DNA of 64,000 nucleotides, from assembly GCA_951406725.2 (NCBI GenBank), contig OX597830.1, positions 51,088,001 through 51,152,000 of the forward strand. Reading direction: 5' to 3'. This DNA comes from Octopus vulgaris. Taxonomy: Eukaryota. The translations under genes were made by a program, and so were the position numbers. The notes beneath the pieces are model-generated. The model ran no database searches and was not told the origin of the DNA. It worked only from the letters and a program-made list of their open reading frames with translations. Below, in pieces: positions 13,069 through 26,235 of the stretch. Position 1 is the first letter of the stretch; every line of letters starts with the position of its first letter.

Positions 13069-13402
13069 GTTTCTTTATTAGCCACACAGGGCTGCACACA
13101 GACTTGACAAATTACAAAATAGAGCTTTTCTTTTCGGGGAGAGAAAAAAAAGGTGGGGTAGGTTTTCGATCAAAAGGGATCGTAAAAAGGAAAGAAAAAG
13201 GAAGGAGAAAGAGGAAAGGAAAAAGAAAAGAAAGGTGGGGAGAAAAATAATCGATCAATAGGGATCGTGTATCACAGAAATGTCATGATATAAAGTGTAA
13301 AGGGGAAAACAGGTGATGTTTATCCGTGGAAAGTAAAGCCTACGGAAAATACTACGGTAACCTCGGTGAATACATTTATTTGCAAGTAAGTAACTCTCTG
13401 AT
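13069..13402 (-). mobile_element. Probable non-LTR retrotransposon 3' UTR fragment embedded in (GATA)n
   Basis: Flanked on both sides by (GATA)n (12983-13067 and 13404-13455). Minus-strand end GCCCTGTGTGGCTAATAAAGAAAC resembles the SINE A tail. Confidence 0.55.
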
Positions 13403-13403
13403 T

Positions 13404-13456
<53 letters not shown>

Positions 13457-13739
13457 TTGGACAGGCAGCCAAACAGACAGACACACCCCACGTTCATGTA
13501 CCTATGTGTGTTGATATTACCGCTGTTGTTTTCCTTTCCTAATATGCGTGTCGAGTAATGAAACCTATCGCGTGTACAGCCTGGGCTGATTGATTACAGG
13601 TATTCGCTCATCGAAGACGTAAGCCTGCCTTGCATACACGCGCGCGAGCACACACGCACACACATACACGCTCTCGCTCTCAGACACAGATACACATACA
13701 TATACTTTAGATGCAGTCCCTCTCTGTCTGCCTGTCCAC

Positions 13740-13829
<90 letters not shown>

Positions 13830-13894
13830 GTTTGTCTGTGTGTCTATCTATCTATCAATCAATCTATCTATCTATCTATCTATCTATCTGTCTG

Positions 13895-13945
<51 letters not shown>

Positions 13946-13966
13946 GTCTGTCAATCTATCTATCTG

Positions 13967-14021
<55 letters not shown>

Positions 14022-14038
14022 GTCTATCTATCTACCTA

Positions 14039-14096
<58 letters not shown>

Positions 14097-14198
14097 AGCT
14101 TCATGTATGTTTGTATGGTTACTATGTTGGTATATATGTGTATGAGTATGTATATACGTATACGTATATATGTATACATCCATCAATCAATCTATCAA

Positions 14199-14254
<56 letters not shown>

Positions 14255-14380
14255 CATGTATGTATGTATGTATGTATATATATATGTGCGTGTATGCGTG
14301 TGTATGTTGCATGTCCATACTATACGTAGAGTCACACACATAAATGAATCAAAACACGTTTCAACTCTCTCTCTCTCTCT

Positions 14381-14486
14381 CACTCATTCGATCTTCATCT
14401 CACCTTCCCCACTCTTTGACTTTCTGTATTTCCACTCTCCTTCTTCTCTCCCATCCTCACCTCTCTCTGCCTTCCCTCCCCCATCT

Positions 14487-14525
<39 letters not shown>

Positions 14526-14617
14526 ATTCGATCTTCATCTCACCTTCCCCTCTCTTTGAGTTTCTGTATTTCCACTCTCCTTCTTCTCTCCCATCCTCAC
14601 CTCTCTCTCTGCCTTCC
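14381..14617. repeat. Tandem duplication with 140-bp period in a pyrimidine-rich tract
   Basis: CACTCATTCGATCTTCATCTCACCTTCCCC... occurs at 14381 and 14521, each preceded by (CT)n. Confidence 0.9.
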
Positions 14618-14977
14618 CCCCATCTCCCTCTCTCTGTCTGTCTGTCTCTCTCTTTCCCCTCCTCTTCTCTTCTCTCCTCTTCTCTTCTCTCCTCTTCTCT
14701 TCTCTACTTACAATCATCTCGACTTCAGATGCTAGGTGAGGCTGTTGTCATTCGTTGCTAGTGGAAGTAGAAATACGATTCTTCACCAGTTCTGATGCCA
14801 GCCACCGACATTGAGTAACTCTTCTCTTTCGTTTGATTCTCCTCTTCTCTCAACCTCTCTTTCTCCATCTCCTTTCCTCTCCTTCCCCTCCCTGTTCCAC
14901 CACTCCTTCCATTCTTCTGCTACATGCATATACACACGCAGACATACGCACACACGAACACTCACATATATACATAC

Positions 14978-15074
<97 letters not shown>

Positions 15075-15085
15075 CATATATACAC

Positions 15086-15118
<33 letters not shown>

Positions 15119-15182
15119 TATATATATATATACACATACATACATACATATATATATAGACACATATACATATATACATATA

Positions 15183-15227
<45 letters not shown>

Positions 15228-15394
15228 GTATATATATACATATTCACACACATTCACACACACACACACACACACATACACGCCAGTAATGCTACCACAT
15301 ACTAAAGCACTTTTTCACCAACCCTACGTTAGGTGGCGCAGTTTACAGCTCAGCAACTTCAGGTAGGATCCGAGCTTGACACACACTCAGTGTC

Positions 15395-15446
<52 letters not shown>

Positions 15447-15961
15447 AAACACACAAGTACTATTATACAAGCGCCCGTACTCACAGTGTCTCTCCCTCTG
15501 CATTTGTACCTGTTCCTTTCTCTCCCTCTTCCTCTATCCCTCTCCCCCTCTCTCTCCCTCTCTCTCTCTTCCTCTGTCTCTCTCTCTCTCTCTCTCACAA
15601 ACACACACAAACATGCACGCACACGCACACACACACTCACACACACACACATAGATACACACACGTACTGGCCTTGTCTTTCACACACATACACATGAGT
15701 GCGTACGCTTTATGCACAGCGGACGGAAAAAAAGTCACAGGGAGTGGGGGGAGGAGGAAAGAATCGCAGAGAAAGACAAAGGTAAAGAAAGAGAGAAAGA
15801 GGGAGTGTGAGTGATGGTGTGAGTGAGAAAACGAGAGGGAGTAAATGAGGAGGGAGAATTTGCTATATCAAAGGAGTAGAAGAAAATGTTTGGTAATGTC
15901 TTTGACTGATGGAACCAATATTATATTCCTCAGATTGTAATTGTAGACAGTATTGACTGGT

Positions 15962-16400
15962 AATGGTGGCAGTGGTGGTGGTGGTGGTCGTCGTCGTCGT
16001 CGTCGTGGTTGTGGTCATGGTGCTGGTGGTGGTGATAATAGTGGCGGGAGGAGGTAGTAGTGGTTTTGTGAGTGATGGTGGTGGCGGCGGCTGTGGTGGT
16101 GGTTGTGTGGTGGTGGTGGTGGTGGTGGTGGTTGTGGTGGCGGCGGTGGTGGTGGTTGTGGTGATGGTGGTGGTGGTGGATGTACTACGCTGGTGGTGTT
16201 GGCAAATGCGGGGCTGGTTGCTGTGGTGAATGTGGTTTGGTGGTAGTGGTTGTGATGTGGGCGACGGTGGGGATGGTGGGGGTGTGGTGGTATACAATCG
16301 ATTCTGGTGGTAGTGGTATTGGTGGTAGTGGTATTGGTGGTAGTGGTGGAAGTGGTGGATGGAGTTTCCTGATAGTGATGATGATGATGATGATGATGCT
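15962..16400. repeat. (GGT)n-rich low-complexity region
   Basis: Direct reading. Confidence 0.9.
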
Positions 16401-16679
16401 GGTGTCAGCAGCATTGATACAATATACATGTCAGAGTGTGCATGCGTGTGTGTGTTAGTGTGTGTGTATATGTGTACGTGCGTGTGTGTGTTCATGTGGT
16501 AACGTATAGTAATTCTCCAGTATTACAAACACACACGTAGACATACTCACCCGCATACATACATACATACATACACGCACACTCATACACACACATTCCT
16601 ATATCTACATATATATTTATAATTACATATGTATAATATATACATACATGTATGTTTATATATACATATAATATAGTAT

Positions 16680-16768
<89 letters not shown>

Positions 16769-17290
16769 ACATATATACATATATATGTATATATATATAT
16801 ATACACCCACACGCACAAACACCTAGCGGCAATTGCGACCGACTTCGAATCAGAAGTATACATATTCTCAAATAATGAGAATTTTTCTGGAATATAAATG
16901 TCATTCACAAGACTAACAGTTGTTAATTCACGTTTACTACTTTTCCTTTTCTTTTCTTTTTTTTTTTTCTTCTAGAGGGAAGAAAACGGTTATGAACACA
17001 GTTTTCTGCCTCGATAAGCGGCATCAGCACAGCAATCGCTTTATCTTCAGACCCGCAGGTATAAAACATAGACATATAAAGTCGGATTACAGAAGATTTC
17101 TGAGAGAAATATATACTCACACCTACGAATATACATACATTCACACACACACACACACACACACATGCATATGTATACACATATATGTAAGCATGTATAT
17201 ATACACCTACACATGAATATAAAAATGCATATATATTTATGTGTGTGTATAATATATGTGTGTAATATATACGTTTATATATATATACAG

Positions 17291-17325
<35 letters not shown>

Positions 17326-17402
17326 CATGAATGTATGCGTTTATATGCAAATATATATACAAAGAGAGAGAGAGAGAGAGATAGACAGACAGGTAGACAG
17401 AT

Positions 17403-17468
<66 letters not shown>

Positions 17469-17989
17469 GCATACATAGATACATACATACATACATACAT
17501 ACATACATACATACATACATACATACATACCCACATACGTTCATACATACATATAGCGAGACGTAGATAAGATGTATACATAAAGACAGAATCGGGAATG
17601 GAGTGAGTGATGTATTTTAGTGATCGTAGGAGGTTGAAATGTAAAAATTGTAAACTAGTCTCTGGAGGGATATAAATTCAGAACATAAATATACAAAATG
17701 GTAGTTGTTGAAATGGGATTTCTATTGCCGTTCTTGTTGTGGCCATGTTCTGCCGTTGGTGCTGCTCCTATTTCCCTGGTGATAGTACTGCTGTCATATG
17801 ATTTTGGCAGAAGTGGTGGTCTTGACTTTTCTATCTTGTTTTGGGCATGAAGCCTTAAAATCATTTGTGCCACCACATAAGTGGACAGGATGGCTGTCTG
17901 CCTTCAACAACCACATATAGTTGTAAGTCGTCTAGCAGATTAATCAGGCATGATTACACTGTGTAACAAAATTGTAATTTATTTATCAT

Positions 17990-18272
17990 CTTTCGTCAGC
18001 AAGTGTTATTTCCTACTTGCTTCTTTCCAGAAATGAAACGAAATAACTATTATTTCCTTCAAACTTTGCGTTTCTGATGTGGACATCAATATTTTGAAAC
18101 TGACCTATTTTCCATTACATTTCAGACAGATTCAGATCCTAGTTGCTGAAGCAGAAATATCATCATAGAAAATATTCTGCTCAATATTACAGATTTGCGA
18201 GTCGGTTACTTGACCATAACCACTTGAGAATATTAAGCCATATGTGAGAGGGATCCTTTGGGGTTTGAATAA

Positions 18273-18332
<60 letters not shown>

Positions 18333-18595
18333 TGACCTATTTTCCATTACATTTCAGACAGATTCAGATCCTAGTTGCTGAAGCAGAAATATCATCATAG
18401 AAAATATTCTGCTCAATACTACAGATTTGCGAGTCGGTTACTTGACCATAACCACTTGAGAATATTAAGCCATATGTGAGAGGGATCCTTTGGGGTTTGA
18501 ATAAATGTAGCGAAAACAAAGTTTGAAGGACACATTAGCCAGTTTTCGTACTTTCTAGGAGTAAGCAAATATGAAATAACAGTTGCTACCCAAGG
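17990..18595. mobile_element. Old MITE-like element with degenerate inverted termini and an internal 179-bp duplication
   Basis: Left AGCAAGTGTTATTTCCTACTTGCTT...CCTTCAAACTTTG versus right CAAAGTTTGAAGG...AAGCAAATATGAAATAACAGTTGCT (inverted). 18099-18277 is repeated at 18331-18509. Confidence 0.6.
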
Positions 18596-19626
18596 ACAAA
18601 AATCATGTTACGCATCATGTGTCATCGGTCTGAATGAGTAATTCTATGCTTTGACCAATTCTGTACGTGCAGCCTCTGCCACCAACCAGAACATGTTGAT
18701 TTCTGGAGGAATATCAACTATTTTAATTTCGAAAATCTTCGGCCAAACTAGAGTGCCAGTCTCTCACACTACAGTGTTGTTGTCGACTGTTCTCTTGTCT
18801 CTTCTTCTGTTGGAAACTTTACCTCAACCGCGCCATACCTTTTCCCCTTGGCAATGTAAATTTTAATACCCCAGATTGGTTTCGGACATTTTTCTATAGC
18901 TTGCTGTGCGTTCTTTTCTTTTCTTTGTTTTCTTTTTCTTTTTCTTTTTCTTTTTCTTTTGCATTTTCATGCCTACTGTTCTGTATATAATTAAAACTTT
19001 GTGAGAACGAGATAATTAAATTAATGTCTTCCGTGTTTCGTCAACATGTACCTTGCCTGTCTCAATTCGTCCGCTCGGATAGTAATTTCCTCTTGCACTC
19101 GGCAAGCTATATTAGTGTAGACAGCGACGAAGGAATTTAATGTTTATTCCTTGCGGTGGGGGGCGGCGAAAGTGAAAATTGTTCGTGCGGTGGTCGGACA
19201 ATTTAAATTTTTGTTGATGTGTTCGATCATGTATTTGTTATTGTTTTCGTAGACGTTCTTGTTCTGTTCTTTTCGTTTGTCTTATTGTTGTTATTGTGCT
19301 TTTGTTTCGGCTGTGGTGGTGGTGGTGGGGGTGGGGTGGGGGTGGGGGTGGTACTGTTGCTGCTGCTGCTGCAACTGGTATGAGACGAAAGCAGGAAAGC
19401 TGTATCGAAATTTTCCTTTTCCTTCACCGTGGTATTTGTCGAAAAATTCGACGCCATCTTTTGTTTGTTTGTGGTAGTTCTCGATAATGAAATACAGTTT
19501 CAGACTCTGAAATTAAATGAAGCTAACAGCGCAACAGTGTGCTGGTTAGCGTATAAAAATATGGTAGAACAAAAATATGACTTGAAACAAACAAAGTGTA
19601 CCAAGTACTTTCTCAAGTACAAATGA

Positions 19627-19627
19627 C

Positions 19628-19683
<56 letters not shown>

Positions 19684-19787
19684 CAATAATAATAATAATA
19701 ATAATAAAAGTAATAATAATAATAATAATAATAGTAATAATAATAATAATGATAATAATAATAATGATAATAATAATAATAATAATA

Positions 19788-19848
<61 letters not shown>

Positions 19849-19862
19849 TAATAATAATAATG

Positions 19863-19895
<33 letters not shown>

Positions 19896-19955
19896 GTAAT
19901 AATAATAATAATAATAATAATGATAATAATAATAATGATAATAATAATAATAATA
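19627..19955. repeat. ~330-bp (AAT)n microsatellite
   Basis: Direct reading. Confidence 0.97.
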
Positions 19956-20329
19956 AGATGTGAGAACTGTTGCTGCTCATGCATTTTAATTTAACTTTAA
20001 AAAAAAAAAAAAAAAAAAATGAAAGAACGAACTACTGAGTTTGGATTAATGGCCTACCAATATACACTATGAGTTTCTTTGCCCTAGGAGTCGGGAAGAC
20101 ACTCGGCAAGAAATGGAAGAAAATTTGAAAGAAGAAAAAAAAAAGTAATAACAATTATAATAATAATAATAATTGCGCAAAATACTTTCTATGTAATTTC
20201 AAGTTTTAAAACAAACAATTTTCGTATGGTTTTTTAGACATTCACTAGTACAACACTTAGTACAAAACCAAATATATGGCACCCTAGGCATAACACCAGC
20301 ACGAACTTCCAACTTGTTGTCTCAACATA

Positions 20330-20382
<53 letters not shown>

Positions 20383-20406
20383 GCAACATCAACAGCAACA
20401 ATAATA

Positions 20407-20920
20407 CTGGGAGAAACCTCAATGTAGAAAGCTATGATTTGAACATACTGATAAATGGTATGAAAGCAAATTTGGTAAAGTACTAGAAAGTAAGAAATAT
20501 ATGATGTGGGACTTTAGCATTCAGACTGACAGTGTAATAGAAGCTAGAAGGACAGAGTTAGCAGTAGTAGATAAAGAAAACAGACAGGGACAGATAATTG
20601 ACATTACAGTCCCATATGATGAAAAATCAATGAGAGGTATAGAAAATACCGAAGTGTCACGACTTAGACATTAAATTGCAGAGACTAAAGGAAGTTAGGC
20701 TAAAATGTATCCCAGTAGTTATAGGTGCAGTGGCAACAGCCCTTAAAGATTTGAACAGTTGGATAGAGGAAATAGACATGAAACCCAGCTTAGTACAATA
20801 GCAGAAAACAGTGTTATTAAGGAAAGCTAGGATACTTAGGTGGGTTCTTGGCATCTAAGTTTTTTTGTTGCAGCCCGATGTTAGGATTTTTTCTTTCATG
20901 ACAGTCTAATCTGTTGTATA
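20407..20920 (+). mobile_element. R4/Dong-type retrotransposon 3' fragment between (AAT)n tracts
   Basis: Degenerate translation DKWYESK..WDFSIQTDSVIEARRTELAVVDKENRQGQIIDITVPYD..CIPVVIGAVAT..QKTVLLRKARILRWVLGI* (RLE domain), then a short 3' UTR and (ATG)n(ATA)n. Confidence 0.85.
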
Positions 20921-20959
20921 TAATGATGATGATGATGATGATAATAATAATAATAATAA

Positions 20960-20990
<31 letters not shown>

Positions 20991-21130
20991 AAGAAAGAAA
21001 AGGAAGAAGAAGAAAGAAGAAGAAGAAGAAGAAAAGGAAGAAGGAGGAGGAGGAGGAGAAGAAGAAGAAGAAGAAGAAGAAGAAGAAGAAGAAGAAGAAG
21101 AAGAAGAAGAAGAAGAAGAAGAAGAAGAAG
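20960..21130. repeat. (AAG)n/(GAG)n microsatellite
   Basis: Direct reading. Confidence 0.95.
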
Positions 21131-21132
21131 GG

Positions 21133-21300
21133 ATTAAAATTTTGGCACAAGGCCAGCAAGATCTATGGAGGGGGAAACCCGATGAGATCAACCCCAGAAC
21201 TCATCTGATACTTATTTTGTCGTTCTCGAAAGGATGAAAGGCAAAGCCAACCTTGGTGGTATTAAAAGTCAGAACGTAAAGACGGACGAAATGCCGCTAA
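21133..21300 (-). mobile_element. Degenerate SINE family A fragment
   Basis: GAAAGGATGAAAGGCAAAG..CAGAACGTAAAGACGGACGAAATGCCGCTAA on the plus strand. Confidence 0.7.
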
Positions 21301-21634
21301 ACTACACCTTGCTGCGTTCAGAGAAAAGTTGCACAGTCACGTGACACCGAGCGAAAATAGGAATTAAGAAACATCAATACGTAGGGTATAGCCAGAGAAG
21401 ATAACAGGGTCAAATACAGGGTAGGAATCGGTAACAAATCATTGAGGAATGTTTACAAAGATCTGTGTTGCATTATATTTTGTCTTTAGACTTCTGTAGA
21501 TTTATTGCCAAAGTTTATGCTTTCGCTTTTGTTGTTCTTTGTTGGTTGTGGTGTTGTTTCTTTACTGTAATTCTCTTCCATCTTTGGGATCGTTCATACT
21601 GAGACAGAATCTCAGATATTCACATAAAGAGCTT

Positions 21635-21671
<37 letters not shown>

Positions 21672-21984
21672 CACACATACTCATGCACATACATACATAC
21701 GTACGCACATATAGACGACTCACAACATCAACTGATTTTGCGACATTCATTTAATTCTCACACCGATATAACTATAAGGTGATACTCCGACAATACTGAA
21801 TCGCTTAAGCTTGTAGGTGTATGTGTCTGTGTTTCTACTTTTGCGATTGTATATATTGTGTGCAGGTGTGTATCTGTGGATCTATCTATCTAACCCGTCC
21901 TAGCATGGCCATAATCTAATGACTGAACCAAGGGAAAGATAAAGATAAATGTTATACATACCTACGTACGTGTGTATACATATG

Positions 21985-22080
<96 letters not shown>

Positions 22081-22449
22081 CATATATACTCATACACATA
22101 CACACACACATACACGCATATATATATATATGAATATATATATATATGGTTGGTAATCTGCAATAATGATTGTATGCAAGTTCGTGTGTATGTTTGTGTG
22201 TGTCAGATAACGTATGTGTGTGTACGAAGAATTGTCACCATTCTCTCTTTCTTTCACTCTCTCTCTCTCTCTCCCTCTTTCTCCATACCAATATGTCAGC
22301 CATTGATCAAATAAATTAATCCTAACTGGGATATATTGAAATACATTACAAACTATTCAATTACCTTTCAAATATTCTCTTTTCTTCTCCCCGACCCCAT
22401 TTCCCTCCCACCATCTCTTTTCCGTCAATCCCTGTCTCCCCATCTCTCT

Positions 22450-22524
<75 letters not shown>

Positions 22525-22756
22525 GTCTTATTTTCCCTGCTGTCTCTTTCTCTCTTCTCTTCTGCCAATCACTCACATAGTTTCCCAATCTGTCTCGTTC
22601 TCTACCACGAGCTTCCATCTTAGTTTTACATACCTGCAGCAAGATAAAACTGTTCGGACGTGATTTAATGTCGAAAACGGATCGTTTTCAATTTTTTATA
22701 CTATAGGTGGGTGTGTGTCTTTGCATTATATACATATTTATATATATTTGTGTGTG

Positions 22757-22802
<46 letters not shown>

Positions 22803-23395
22803 CTAGAGATATTCTAGTGGAATATAATACATTCCTATTAGTTCGCTACTAAGGTAATATCTCAGGCAAGAGAACCGAATAAATATATGAAGAAATAATA
22901 ATAATCTGAGTAGCAAAAAAATAAGTCTAAATGATAAATATATGCCAATGTTAAACATATGAAAAATATCACAGGAGACAACTATACGTATAAAAAATTC
23001 TTAGTTAATGTATAAAGGTGACGTTTCTGAATGCCTATGGAGCGCATCCTTCTTCAGTAGGCTTCGAGGAAATGATTTCAGTGAAAACTGAGTTATTGCT
23101 CTTTGCATTTTATTTTGTCACCAACAACGAGCGGACATATGTAGTCATTGGAACAATTCGATTTAGCTGAAAGGGATTTGTTTTTGGACACGGCAAGTCC
23201 ATATCTTTGGTTAGATAACCCTACAAAACTGAAATGTGGCAAAAGAAATATAAGTTCAGCAATGTTTATATCCGAACGCTGAGGTAATAACTATCAAAAC
23301 CCTACACATAAAATACATAAACACACATATTCATATGTGTATATATACATTATATACATATGTATATAATATGTATATATATATATCTACAAATG

Positions 23396-23434
<39 letters not shown>

Positions 23435-23926
23435 GGGGGTGTGTATCTAAATTTATATAAATAAGGATAAGATGGTTAATTTAAAACAAAATAACGATTT
23501 TATCAAGTGGTCAGCATGGATAAATAACCTTCAAAAGTAATAATTATTAAATTATAAATTAGGGTATCTAAGAGATACCACCACACCATGCTGAAAATAG
23601 CAGCCATGACCTGACTCTATGCATATAAATACACATACATATATGTAAGTATATATCATGGGCCTATCAGAATTTCTCTGCAAGTATACACACCGGACGC
23701 GATTCTGATGTATGACTGTCGGCCACCAGATTCCTGTATTAAATTCCTTATTTGCTTCTCCTGTGTTTTATATTTCCAAAACTCTATGAATTCCTGTTTT
23801 TAAATGCTAATGTTCACTGGGACATTGATTTATATCCTGAAAATGACATTTAGAATCGTTCGATGTTTGTCTTCTATTGCCTAACGTGACATATGTAGAT
23901 GGTAGTACCTCGGTAAGCTTGATGTG

Positions 23927-23993
<67 letters not shown>

Positions 23994-24174
23994 TACCACT
24001 AAGAAAAGATTGTTCTCAAGAAAATTCAGCAAACGCTGAATTTTGCTGAATTTTCTTCAGAATAATCTATATATATTGTGAACAATCTTATATATATAAG
24101 ACAAGGTATAGATAATGGTCACTATTTAGTAGGTATTAACCATTATTATAAATTTTCTTATATATATATATATA

Positions 24175-25332
24175 TAGAATCCCGGCGTTGCCCGGGATTA
24201 AAATGGCATAGTTTGTATACATAGTACAGTTGCGTTGAAACATGTGATACGGGGAAGTGAAACATTGGCGACACAACATCGGTGGAGAAAATGATGGGAT
24301 AACCGGACTAAGCGACATGTCATGCTCCCGTTTGGAGTATTCCAGACCCTAACATTGAAGGTTGGGTGGGGTAGGGGATTTTTGAATGCACCAAAAAGCT
24401 CTGTGTTGATATATTCTCATTTGCGACTGTCGGCGCTGCCACTACCACGCTGAACAATCAGCAGACATAGAATTTACATCTTTGTGATAAATTAAGCCCA
24501 TGGACGCACTCAACAGCACCACATGAGAAAAATCTACACGAAAGAAATGGCATGGTAAAGGGGTGAAATAGGTAAGGTAGCGTTTCAAATCACTGACGCG
24601 CCCTCTAACAAACGTGGTTGGGTCATATGACGTTGCATTGCTGACATGGTTGGAATTCAATAGTCGTGGATCAACCGTGCACTCCTTCGCGTAAACAGTG
24701 TGCTACCATTGTGAGGACAACTCTGCTTCCAAATGAAAACAATTCTGCATGCAACGTCTGAGCACGCAAGATAACATTAATGACACGATTTGTAATTAAC
24801 GTGGTTGGATCTTAGACAACACAAATTAGTAGGTTAATGTACATGCGATATGTACATCGATAGCTGAAGAATGTTTGTATGGGCTTCGTCTATGCTTAGG
24901 AAAACTTTGATACTGAACTAAAAGGAAATAGTTGCTCAGGATTTAACATATTTTAGCATATTTTTCATATTTTTCAAACGGTTTTTATTCCAACAAATTG
25001 CTAATTATAGTACTACGAAAACGGGCTATTATTGCTACCACTTAGACAACACAGTTTGAAGTCTATATGAGTTCATCCATTTAATACAACCTCCTTATAT
25101 CATTTCAGTAGCTGTTTTCCAGTTCGAACAGAAACAATGCGTGGACCATGCGAACAGTTGTATGTATCCCAGGAAAGTGGGTTTTCTGCTCCTATGGATC
25201 TCATTACTCATTATGTAAAAAATTTTAAGTGTTTACACCTATCTCTGGAACATAAGTAATCTATCTTCCCAGTTTGGAGAAAATCAGTTGCGGGTTTACA
25301 CATACACACACACACGCACGCACGTAACGTCA

Positions 25333-25350
<18 letters not shown>
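24175..25350 (-). mobile_element. Probable non-autonomous Helitron
   Basis: Minus-strand 5' end ..TATATAAAACTG and 3' hairpin CCCGGGCAACGCCGGG near 24181-24196 parallel the termini of the 45213-45724 element. The terminal CTAG is not intact. Confidence 0.6.
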
Positions 25351-25377
<27 letters not shown>

Positions 25378-25384
25378 CAAAACA

Positions 25385-25635
25385 GCGACGTACGCAGGGA
25401 GACAGCACGGACATAGGAGAGCGGGTAAATGAGCATCGGAGGAAACTTAAGGAAGAGAAGAGCTAATCGGTTCTATACCAGCACGCTGAGCGGGAACATG
25501 GGGGTTCACTTAACTACATAGAACTTAAAATCTTGCCCACACATAGAACAGTCGCAACACTTAGACAAAATACGGAAGCCACACACATAATGGAAGATAA
25601 GCCTAGCCTGAATAGAAAACTAGAAAGGAACACTA
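25385..25635 (+). mobile_element. Penelope-like element GIY-YIG endonuclease C-terminal fragment (pseudogenic)
   Basis: With frameshifts: TYAG/ETART/IGERVNEHRRKLKEEKS*SVLYQHAEREHGG..LKIL..ATLRQNTEATHIMEDKPSLNRK, matching the GET.R.L..R..EH..H..R...EA..I....P.LN pattern. Starts at a (TA)n tract. Confidence 0.72.
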
Positions 25636-26235
25636 GCACACACACCCCACCACAACCTAAGACGGAATAAGATCTCCATAAACTGATAATATGAAAATAA
25701 TACAATACACAGATAAATAAATGGAATGAAATAACTATATACATAAACAAAATAAATTATATTACATTAAAGTTTTTAAAAAAGAAATAAATGAAAAAGT
25801 AGATATAAACAAATGCATAAATAAATAAAAGTAAATTAAACGAATGAGTATAAACATTGGATACTGATAATGCAGGCACCATACATATTCCCACAGACCT
25901 ACTAAACATAGACGTACACAGGTATATGCGCATGTGCAAATAAAGACACACACGACAGGAATACAAAATGGCAGATCATTAGTAAGGAGAGACACACAGA
26001 AAAGAAAGAAGAAAGCAAAGGAGTGCTGATGAGGTCACAGAAATGTGACGAAAGAACTCTGGCCGAAATACAATCGACATAAAATAAAGCTGAAGTAAGT
26101 GAACACCAAATATATAGTGCGTATGTTTTCATTGGCTAAACTGGCAACATGACCATCTCCAAATAAACAAGAGTAAAGAAGAGAGACAGAGACAGGCAGA
26201 AACAAGGAAAATGCCACTTATATTTGAACACTATA

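Noticed and set aside
20914-21237. Poly-R/poly-E ORF resembling a charged nuclear protein
   Set aside because: Translation of the (AAG)n microsatellite running into a SINE.
23010-23066. Minus-strand CTGAAGA-stem-GAAACGTC hammerhead-like motif
   Set aside because: Stem II closes with an A-A mismatch, stem III is too short and stem I cannot form.
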